64,000 nt of DNA from positions 225,494,001-225,558,000 of the forward strand of contig OZ024742.1 of assembly GCA_964016885.1 (NCBI GenBank), in the 5' to 3' direction. The stretch comes from Eledone cirrhosa (taxonomy: Eukaryota). A program made the position numbers and the translations under genes. Under the pieces are notes generated by a model. That model searched no databases. It saw only the letters and a list, made by a program, of their open reading frames with translations, and was not told the DNA's origin. Shown here piece after piece: positions 54,223-64,000 of the stretch. How positions within the stretch are numbered: the stretch's first letter is position 1; every line of letters begins with the position of its first letter.

Positions 54223-54661
54223 CACAGCTGAGTAAACTGGAGCAATGTGAAATAAAGTGTCTTGATGTGTTGTTTCCTTGAGCAAGACACTTTATTTCAC
54301 ATTGCTCCAGTTTACTCAGCTGTAGAAATGAGATGATAGGGACTGGGGTCCCTATCATTCCTCTGCAAAGTGGTTGTGGAGGTACCATGGCAAAAAAGCA
54401 CCCAGCACTCACTGTAAATGAGGTTGGTGTTAGGAAGGGTATCCAGCTGTAGAAATCAAGCCAGAATCAGTTCCCGTCCCACCCTTGCAAGCAGGGAAAA
54501 AGCGGACGTAAAATGATGATGATGATATATATATAGTGAAAAAAGTGGACGTTAGAAAATGTTCTATAGAGATCATGTTATATAGAGAAAATAATAATAA
54601 AAAAATAAGGGTTCGAAAAGTGCACCTGATATATATATAAAAAAGGGAACTTTATAATACA

Positions 54662-55551
54662 CTAGCATTAAAGCCCGGCGTTGCTCGGGGTCATTAAGTT
54701 ACCAAAGTTAGGTTGCACCACCCATTTTATGGCAGCACTTTTTTGTCTGCCAGGCACTGGGTGAATGAATTGCAGACCTGGAAGCATGAGCTGCGCCAGC
54801 AGTGACAATTGTAGTTTTACCTATGGATATTATCTCTGTGCAAAGAAGTGTTGAAATTTATTGTTTCACAGTACTTGCGCAACACGCGCGTAGATGATGC
54901 CAGCCGAACAACAGAGCTGCGATGGAGTTGTTCTGCATGGTTATCTAATGTGTGTTTTCTAAATTTAAGAGAGTAGGGAGTGGTGTGATATGGGGGAGAG
55001 TTAGCTGCTGTTTCTAGCAGGTTTAGTGACCTCATAGAGGATATGTGTTTTCTAAATTTAAGACAGTAGGGAGTGGTGTGATATGGGGGAGAGTTAGCTG
55101 CTGTTTCTAGCAGGTTTAGTGACCTCATAGAAGATATGTTTTCTAAATTTAAGACAGTAGGGAGGGGTGTGATATGGGGGAGAGTTAGCTGCTGTTTCTA
55201 GCAGGTTTAGTAACCTCATAGAGGATATGTGTTTTCTAAATTTAAGACAGTAGGGAGTGGTGTGAACGGACAGTATCACCATCAAGCTTGGAAAGAGAAA
55301 GTATGAAGTTGTATAGATTTTGAATGGTAGTAGAAAGAGTTCAGCAGTTTAAATGAGAGAGAAAAATCGTAAAATATTTAGTTTTATCTATTTTTTGCGT
55401 AATTGTGGGTGAAATTGAAAAAATAATCTGCGTCAAGACGCAATCGAAGCTATTTCGGATACTGAATTGTAAATTTCAATTGAAGAAATTCTATATCATA
55501 GATTTCTATAACGAAGGAGCATGTCCATACACTGAGCTTTATAGATTATGA
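54662..55551 (-). mobile_element. Non-autonomous Helitron-like element containing a ~93-bp tandem repeat
   Basis: A|CTAG followed by hairpin cccggcgttgctcggg (3' end on minus strand); other end ctttatagattatgat; ~3.3 repeat units at 54950-55264. Confidence 0.65.
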
Positions 55552-55720
55552 TATAAAAAATTGATGTTAGCAAACCTCCTGCATTAATGAAAAAACAATT
55601 TATGTTTTGAAGATCCAAAATGGAGAGAGCAGGCTTTGCTAACATCAATTATTTATATATATACCAGGTGTGCTTTTTGAACCCTGTTTTTTATTATCAT
55701 ATATATATATATATATATAT

Positions 55721-58700
55721 CATCATCATCATCATCATCATCATCATCGTTTAACGTCCATGTTCCACGCTTGCATGGGTTTGGATGGGAGTTTTCCCAC
55801 TTGAGGCAAGAGTGGTTGTCTTGCTCGCATAGGACTGTCTGGCGGGTTTTCTACAGCTGGATGCCCTTCCTAACACCAACGACATTTACAGTGTGGGACT
55901 GGGAGGGAGTTTTCCCACTTGAGGCAAGAGTGGTTGTCTTGCTCGCATAGGACTGTCTGGCAGGTTTTCTACAGCTGGATGCCCTTCCTAGCACCAACCA
56001 CATTTACAGTGTGGGACTGGGAGGTTTTTACCGTGTTGCCTACACGGCCACATTACAGGGTGGACTGTGTGTTTTTTTGTCGTGACATCTACACGATCTC
56101 ATTTGTTTCGGCCTGGATGTTGTGGCACCAACATAACTTTACATTGAAAGGGGCGGTGTGGATGGGGTGGGAGTGGTGGGACGGGGGTGTATTTTGTTAG
56201 AGATGCCTACTGACTGTAGTAGGTTTTACTTTGTATTTAGGTAAGGCGGGTCTTCTCTATTACTGAGTGCCGCCAAAGATCTCGGTCCAGTGACATTGTC
56301 TTGGAGAGGTGTAAGTGTGTGAGGTCGGAGTTTATCAGGTCGTCCCAGGTTTTTCTGGGTCTGCCTACTCCGTGGCTACCGTCTATCTTTATTGCCCTGA
56401 ACTTTTTTATACAGCTGTCGTCTTTCATGCGCATCGCGTGGCCATACCAACGTAGCCTTCTCTCGAGTAAGCAACATCTGATCCCTCTTATTTCTAATTT
56501 TTCCCTTAGTTCGTTTATGCTTTGCCGTTCGCGTATATTACTATTACACATCCAGCGGAGCATGCAAGCTTCGTTCCTCTCTAGTCTGCGTATATCCTCT
56601 GCACACAATGCCCAGGTCTCACTGCCATGCAACATTGCTGTTCGTATGCAGGCATCATACAGCCTGCCTTTCATTTTTAGAGAGAACCCTTTAGCGGCTA
56701 ATAGTGGTATAAGCTCTCTGAACTTTTTCCATCCAGTTCTGACTCTAGCTACTGTACTTTCAGAGCACCCTCCCCCACTGCTGATTTTGTCACCCAGGTA
56801 ACGGAAGCTGTCCACTATTTCTATAGAACCCTCTGCGCAATTGAAAGAGCTAGTATTTTGTGGGCACTTGCTGCTACTTATTGCACCAGAGCACCGGCCA
56901 CATATAAAATCTATGTTCTTAGTTAGCTTACCTATGATCCCACTACATCTTTTATGCACCCATACTTTGCATTTGGGACATAAAATGGAGTTTCTACCTA
57001 CGCCTTTCCTACACACTGAGCATGGCCATTTCCCGGAAGGGACCGGCGCCTTATTTTCTTTCCTACAAATTAGAACTTTAGTCTTAGCCAGGTTAATTTT
57101 AAGGCCTTTTGATTCTAGGCCGTGCTTCCATGTTTGGAATTTCTTCTCTAGCTCGGCCATTGATTCAGCTATGAGCGTTAGATCATCTGCGTATAGGAGT
57201 TCCCATGGGCAGCCGGTCTTGAACTCCACTGTTATAGCCTGAAGGGCAATAATAAATAGTAGGGGGCTAAGAACAGAGCCCTGATGAACACCAACTTTTA
57301 CGCTAAACTCTTCACTATATTCGTTAGAACCTTGCTGACTGTTTCTTTATACATGGCTTGTATAGCTCTCACAAGCCATTCATCAATACCTAGTTTTCTA
57401 AGAGCCCACCAGATAATGGAACGGGGGACTCTGTCGAAGGCTTTCTCCAAGTCAACGAAAGCTAAGTATAGGGGTTTACTTTTAGCTAGGTACTTTTGTA
57501 GTTGTCGTACAATGAAAAGAGCGTCTGTGGTACTTTTGCCTGACACAAACCCGAACTGCATTTCATCTAGATCGATTCTCTCTCTGATTAGTTGCGCTAT
57601 TACTTTTTCCGTGACCTTCATGACCTGGTCGATTAATTTAATGCCTCTATAGTTACTCCTATCTAGGGCGTCTCCTTTACCCTTGTAGCAGTTAATGATG
57701 ATGCTGCTACGCCAGTCCTTCGGAATAACCCCATTCTGTATGACTTGGTTTACTATCTGGGTGACCATGGTGTGTCCCACTGTTCCAGATGCTTTCAGCA
57801 TTTCAGCAACTATTTCCGAAGGCCCAGCCGCCTTGCCTGTCTTCATGTCTTTGATCGCCTTACTTATTATACTACCTTCAACTTGCACTGCTGGTCCCTC
57901 TATTGGATCGATGTGGGGTAGACTGTCTTTCTCCCATTTATTCTCCTCATTTAGTAGCCTTTCGTAGTGACATTTCCAAGCAACCTTCTTATCAGCGTCA
58001 GTGATGGCAAGTACGCCATCATCATTAAGTACACACTTCTCCCCGACAATATCACGGTTTTCCCTGACACATTGCCTAGCAATCCTGAACACCTCACGTT
58101 TTTGGTCCTCGCGTTGTAGAACATGCTTGAACTTTCTTTCTTCTGCTTCCCTTCTTGCGAAGTACACTTGTCTCCTAGCTTCCCTCCTGGCCACTTGATA
58201 GTCTTCTTTACTTCCCCCATCCCGCCATACTTTCCAAGCCTGCTTTTTGGCCTTAATTGACTCCTCCACCTTACTATTCCACCACCATGTTACTCTCCCC
58301 CTGCCTACAAGCCTGCTCCAGCCACAGACTTCATCTGCCGCCATCAGCAGGTTTGCTTTCAGGAATTCCCACTGTTCCTCTATATTGTACGACTCTAATT
58401 GCTCTTACTGTCGAAAGCATCAAGTAATATGCTTTTAAATTTATTTCTGGCTGTGGGGTCCTTTAGCTTCCATATTTTTCTCCTGAGGATAGTCCTCTTC
58501 TGCTGTCGAGTACGTCTCGTCCTGACTATGAGGTCGGTAATTATCAGTCTATGTTGGGAGATGCATTCTTCATGGGGGAGGGATTTAGTGTTTACAACAG
58601 ACACTCTGTCACGTCTTCTGGTAAGGATATAATCTACCTGGCTGGTATGTTCCCCTGATCTGTAGGTGATCAAGTGATTGTCTCGTTTTTTGAAGTTAGT

Positions 58701-59210
58701 GTTACAGATAGTTAGGTTATTTGCATCACAGAATTCCAGGATTCTGGAGCCTTCCTCATTTCTAGTACCAAACCCATAGCCTCCGTGGATTCCGTCATAG
58801 CCGTCACAATGTTGACCATTTAGGTCGCCAGCAATAATTATATAGTCACTGTCGGTTATTTGGGAGGTAGTGAACATCAGTGTCTCATAGAATCTGTTTT
58901 TTATAGCGCCAGGCAGTCCGGATTGGGGCGCGTATGCCGATATTACTGTCACAGTAGTTCTATTTAGAACAAGTCTTATTTTAATTATTCTGTCATTTAC
59001 TCTATTAACATCTATTATCTTATCCACCCATTTTTCTTCTAACATGATTCCTACCCCACCTATCCCATTGTCATTTCCCACCCAGAAAAGCTTATAGCAA
59101 CGTTTTTTATCCACAATGAATCTAGCAGACCTGCCCCTCCACCTGGTCTCTTGGATACAGCAAACATCAACCTCCTTACGTTCAAGCATTTCTACAACCT
59201 CGTTAGAGCG
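55721..59210 (-). mobile_element. RTE-clade LINE, near full-length but frameshifted (APE endonuclease, RT, PHD-like finger, duplicated 3'UTR, (ATG)n tail)
   Basis: ORF pieces 58395-59300 (CIQETRW, AYAPQ, AGDLN, SQVDYIL), 57298-58344 (NYRGIKL, DLEKAFDRVPR), 56237-57229 (LLYADDL, RRLRWYGH, GRPRKTW); ~118-bp direct repeat 55791/55909. Confidence 0.93.
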
Positions 59211-60928
59211 GCATTTATATATAATTATATATATATATATAATTATATTAATGTGTTTATCACTACTACCACTAACAAACTTATAAGAGAGGATTTGCAA
59301 GAGTGCTGGGGAATTTAATGTTTTTAAGAGGAGTATGATATTAAATGCATATGAATCTACACTATAGTTGAATAAAACTTTAATAAAGCAACAGTGTTAC
59401 TATTACTTCAAAATTGACATGATAACTCATTCCACTGTTATGGGAACAATTTATGTTTTTCAATGGCTGTTGGAGCACTAAATAATGAGCAATTACTCTG
59501 ATCAGGAAAGAAATGATATTCTCAGTAACTGGTTTGAAATAGTTAAGATTTAAAAACGGTGCGAAGAGCACTCCAGTACTGTGTCAACAAAAGTGACTTA
59601 AAAGATATTCATGAGATACACAAATGAAGAAAAAAGCCCCTTACCAAAGATAGATTTTTATAGTAATTCCTCAAGTAATATATATGTACTGTTTGTCCAC
59701 CAAAAAGAAAGTAATCAAAACATTAATGTGGCCGGTAGCTCTATATGGTTGTGACTCATGGACTTTAAAGGCATCTGACTTGAAATGACTGAGTGCATTT
59801 GAAATGTCATGGTATAGGCGTGCACTTAGAATTAGCTGGACAGCTCACAGAACAAATGAATCTGTCCTGGGAGAGATTGGTGCCAATCGACAGCTGGTTG
59901 AAATAAGGAAAAGGAAACTTCAGCATTTGTCATCAGGGCCCAAAATTTGACTACCCAAATCCTTGAGGGATGAATACAGGGGAAAAGGGCAGATGATATT
60001 AAGGAATGGACAGGAAGGAGTTTGGCGGAATGTACAGCAATGGCAAGAGACAGGAAAAGATGGAGGGTGCTGGTCTATAAGTCCATGACCCTTGACCATC
60101 AGATATGAGGATGGGATAAGAAGGAAGGTTTGTTAAATTATCCACATAACTATTCAAAGGTCAGTTCAATGATCCAGCTAAAGAAACTCCATCCAATGAT
60201 GAATAATAAAGTAGTTTTTAAAACTAGTTGCCCATAACATTAACTCTATCCTTACCATATTTCTAATTAAAGACACTGCCTATGTTTTTCAAATAGTTTT
60301 GAAAATAATCAAGAATTTGGAGGGATTTAGTAATATAATTTTCTCATTATTTATCTGGTGTTTGGGACAAAAATGTTCTTACATAAAATTATGATGGATG
60401 GTTTTTAGATAAATATGAATACTTTAAAACTGTATTGCAGAAACAAGGACAATTTCAATGAATTGACAAGAGAATAAATTTTTCAGCATGATTTCTTAAG
60501 CGAATGACAATTTTTCAATCTAATCTCTCATGTTACAGCAAGACTTCTCTCGAGTAATAATTCCTTAACACTTTATTATTTAAATCAGCTGAATCTGGCC
60601 AGAATTCTCTCATTTCTTTCTGTTGTTCAAACCAGCCATAATTGGTCACTGATACTGATGTTAAGGTATTGTTCTCAAAATAAATATCAAAATCTCATAG
60701 ATTCAATATTATGAGATAAAGCCTTTACCGCGAAAATACAATACTAAATATAGAGTAATGTAAATACTAAAGGGTTAATATTCTATTTCCTCAGTACATT
60801 TTGCTGGATAGAAAAATACAAATTATTAGGTAAAACATTAAACATCAAATACTGAAAGTGTGATGAGTATAACATCTAGTAATCTTCCATTTTATCTACT
60901 AACCACCCCATCCATATTGTAAGTAATA

Positions 60929-61134
60929 ATGGTTTCTGATTTAGGCACAAGGTCAGCAATTTTGGGGGAGAGGGAAAGTTGATTAAATCAACCCAGTGCT
61001 TTACAAGTACTTTATTGACCATGTAAGGATGTAAGGCAAAGCTATCCTCGGTGGGATTTGAACACAAAGGGACGTAACTATATGCTGCAAACATGTTGTC
61101 TAACACTCTATTAGTACTGCTAATTCACTGCCCT
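60929..61134 (-). mobile_element. Nin-like SINE copy with 16-bp TSD (other copies ~8174-8320, 8835-9070, 44105-44318, 45694-45794)
   Basis: TSD catattgtaagtaata (60913-60928, 61135-61150); homologous to 15904-16087. Confidence 0.75.
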
Positions 61135-61424
61135 CATATTGTAAGTAATAGCTCTAATTTCTAATATAGACACAAGGCCTTAAATATAAGGAATAGGAAT
61201 AGTCAACTATATTGTCCCCAGAAGGATGAAAGGCAAAGTTAAGCCTAGAATGTAAGGGGTCAGAACAAATACTACAAACCATTACTATAACATATCTGCC
61301 AATTCAACATCCTATGTTTTGAGTTATAATATGTTTTCAATAAAAAAGTGTTTTGTTAAACAGCTGCAAAATTTGCCAGAATGTTGTTAAAATTAGTTGA
61401 ATATTGTCAAATATTATATATATA

Positions 61425-62052
61425 CTAGCCGAATGACCCACGCCTTGCTGCGTTTCACACATTTTTTTTGTAAGAAAATGATTGATTTTAAATTAGTTAT
61501 ATAATTTATGGAGAAAAAAATAAAGGGAAAATGTTAAAAAAGTAGAAGCATTAACTAATAATTTTTGTTGTCATAATTCAAAGTAATGTTTTGCCATAGA
61601 TAAAATGTCTAAATTATCCAAATTTTACTATAAAAGAGAGGTGCTTTTTTTGTCGATTTATGTTTAATTAATAGAAAAACCCCGTGATAATAGAGGTTCC
61701 AATACTCAAATTATGGGCTTCCAAAATTTTCACTATAGGGGGTTTAACCCCCACTAGGGTGTCTTAATATTATTGAAATTTGTTGAAATTTTGTGAATAG
61801 GCATCATATCTTGTCATTTACCTATGGTTTAAATTTCATATAAATCGAAGGGAAAATATTTTCAGCGGGGGTTTGTGCTCCCGGAGGCCCACAGGGAACC
61901 ATTTGATTAAAATGAGATATACTTATCCAAGTACCCTGAGCAATGTAGTTTCAGAATATATATGGTTATGGGGGAGTCTATCTCCAAAACCATAGGAGGA
62001 GTTTGTGAACAAACAAACAAACAAACAGCAACTACAACTTTATATATATAGA
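61425..62052 (-). mobile_element. Non-autonomous Helitron-like element, complete
   Basis: On minus strand starts TCTATATATATAAAG plus (GTTT)n and ends with a degenerate GC hairpin + CTAG|T. Confidence 0.72.
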
Positions 62053-62273
62053 TCTATATATATATAAAGTTGCAGTTCCTGTCTGTTTGTTTGTTTGTTC
62101 ACAAACTCCTCCTATGGTTTTGGAGATAGACTCCCCATAACCATATATATTCTGAAACTACATTGGATAAGTACATTTCATTTTAATCAAAGGGTTCCCT
62201 GGGGACACAAACCCCCGCTTGCCCCTGCTGAAAATTTTCCTTTTCTATTTATATGAAATTTAAACCATAGGTT
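62053..62273 (+). mobile_element. Same Helitron family, 3'-truncated, head-to-head with previous copy
   Basis: A|TCTATATATATATAAAGTTG...cacaaactcctcctatggttttggagatag. Confidence 0.75.
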
Positions 62274-62517
62274 TATATATGTAAAAGGTAAACAGAAATA
62301 ACAATGCAATCAGTACAGTATATTGAAGGAATATATTAGGTTAACGGTTGAAATAGCAGGAAGAGGGTCTTAATGTTTGGGACGCTAGTCCTTCATCAGA
62401 AGAAAGAATGAGAAATAAGATGGATTGAAGGGATGGGTGGGGTGGAATTGGAAAAAATGTCTTTAGATAATAACAGATCCATTCATGTTGACATCTCATA
62501 TATATATATATATATAT

Positions 62518-62860
62518 GGAGGCACATGGCTTAGTGGTTAGAGCATTGGCCTTGCAATCGAAAGGTTGTGAGTTCAATTCTCAGACCAGGTGATGTGTTG
62601 TTTCCTTGAGCAAGACACTTTATTTTACATTGCTCCAGTTTACTCAGCTGTAGAAATGAGATGCTAGGGACTGAGGTCCCTATCATTCCACTGCAAAGTG
62701 GTTGTGGAGGTGCCACGGCAAAAAAGCACCCAGTACTCACTGTAAATGAGGTTGGTGTTAGGAAGGGCATCCAGCTGTAGAAATCAAGCCAGTATCAGTT
62801 CCCGTCCCACCCTTGCAAGCAGGGAAAAAGCGGACGTAAAATGAAATGAAATGATGAATG
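62518..62860 (+). mobile_element. tRNA-derived SINE with RTE-related tail (partial copy 54270-54525)
   Basis: A box tggcttagtggtt, B box gagttcaattc; tail ttggtgttaggaagggcatccagctgtagaaa shared with the RTE 3'UTR. Confidence 0.85.
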
Positions 62861-63032
62861 AATATAAACAGTTTAACCCTTTGGCATTTAAACTGGCTGT
62901 ATCTGGCCAGAATTCTCACACCACTTTCTGTTCAAACCAGCTGTAACCTGCCACTCATACCAATGTTAAGGTATTGTTCTCAAAATAAATAATATCAAAA
63001 TCTCATAGATTCGATATTATGTGAAAATACAA

Positions 63033-63440
63033 TCTATATATATAAAGTTGTATTCCTGTCTGTTTGTTTGTTAGTTTGTTCACGAACTCCTCCTATGGTT
63101 TTGGAGATAGACCCCCATAACCATATATATTCTGAAACTACATTGCCCAGGGTACTTAGATATTTCATTTTAATCAAAGTGTTCCCTGGGGCACAAAACC
63201 CTGCTGAAAACTTTTCCCTTCGATTTATATGAAATTCAAACCATAGGTAAATGACAAGATATGATGCCTATTCACAAAATTTCAGCAAATTTCAATAATA
63301 ATAAGACACTCTAATGGGGGTTAAACCCCCTATTAGGATTCCCCGGGGTTCAAACCCCCACTGAAAATTTTTTCCCTTTGATTTATATGAAATTTAAACC
63401 ATAGGTAAATGACAAGATATGATGCCTATTGACAAAAGTT
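63033..63440 (+). mobile_element. Third Helitron copy with internal duplication, interrupting a family-B MITE
   Basis: aatacaA|TCTATATATATAAAG start; duplicated block ccccc...gatatgatgcctatt (~63200-63275 and ~63355-63430). Confidence 0.7.
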
Positions 63441-63609
63441 TTGAATTGATATTTTGAAAAAAATTATTTACAAGAAACAAAGTAAGAATAAGATTTAATA
63501 ATGTAATTTTGATTTGATATATTACAAAAAATAATGTTTTCCAATTTTTCATGCATTACATTTTACATTGAGTAATATTGAAATGCAGAGTTTTTCTGCA
63601 TAAATTATA

Positions 63610-63810
63610 TCACTGATTTGGGAAGGGTTCTGGGCATAGGGCACGGTGGTATTGAGGCTGTACTCCACGGACAATGGTCAGCGACTCCCACTGCAACAGC
63701 CACCCCACCTCACGGGGCTCCTTCCTCGGATGGGCCTTTGAAGTTCTGATCTTGCAGAGGAGCTCGGCAGTATGGGCTCCAAGTACACCTGAGGTCTCAA
63801 CGGCAATAAT
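63610..63810 (-). mobile_element. CRE-like LINE C-terminal (REL endonuclease) remnant
   Basis: IAVETSGVLGAHTAELLCKI...WLLQWESLTIVRG resembles the P.AVETLG.WG...QRIS..IQRGN motif. Confidence 0.55.
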
Positions 63811-64000
63811 TAATTTCAATAATACAGTGTGTATTATTATTTTTTTTTCTTCTAAAAGTACATAAATGTTTAGGAAAAGATTGAATGTCTTTAGCCCGGA
63901 TATGTTGGTGGTGGTGGAGCTTAGGGTGGCACATTGTTGGTGATGATGACAGTGGCAATGGTACTGGGGGTTGTCATGATGATAATAGTGGTGGGTGGTG

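Noticed and set aside
56301-57967. Plus-strand ORFs of 90-166 aa
   Set aside because: Antisense shadows of the RTE ORF
62518-62592. Functional tRNA gene
   Set aside because: tRNA-like head runs directly into a SINE body, has no clean acceptor stem or T-run terminator, and occurs in several dispersed copies

Overview
AT-rich, repeat-dense eukaryotic (metazoan) DNA. The SINE/RTE/MITE families suggest an octopus (inference, not verified). The main gene is a complete 11-exon Rab GDP-dissociation inhibitor (GDI) on the minus strand (CDS 46789->11577; 1332 nt, 443 aa; all introns GT-AG). It is flanked by a convergent TMEM121/CECR6-family membrane protein ORF (4697-5458 +) and the probable first coding exon of an unidentified divergent gene (50093-50222 +). 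The rest is mostly decayed LINEs (Tx1/L1, CR1, RTE, HERO-like, CRE-like), tRNA-derived SINEs, a deleted piggyBac with its MITE derivatives, a pogo-like MITE, Helitrons and microsatellites. Most notable observations: three hammerhead-ribozyme motifs (one sense-intronic in GDI with an A.C mismatch that editing could repair); a 9-unit array built from a MITE terminus separated by (TA)n; a 182-bp-period array in the divergent promoter region; a pre-miRNA-like intronic hairpin; an inverted repeat bracketing GDI exon 7; and an exact head-to-head Helitron palindrome. All coordinates were read by eye; repeat boundaries are approximate.
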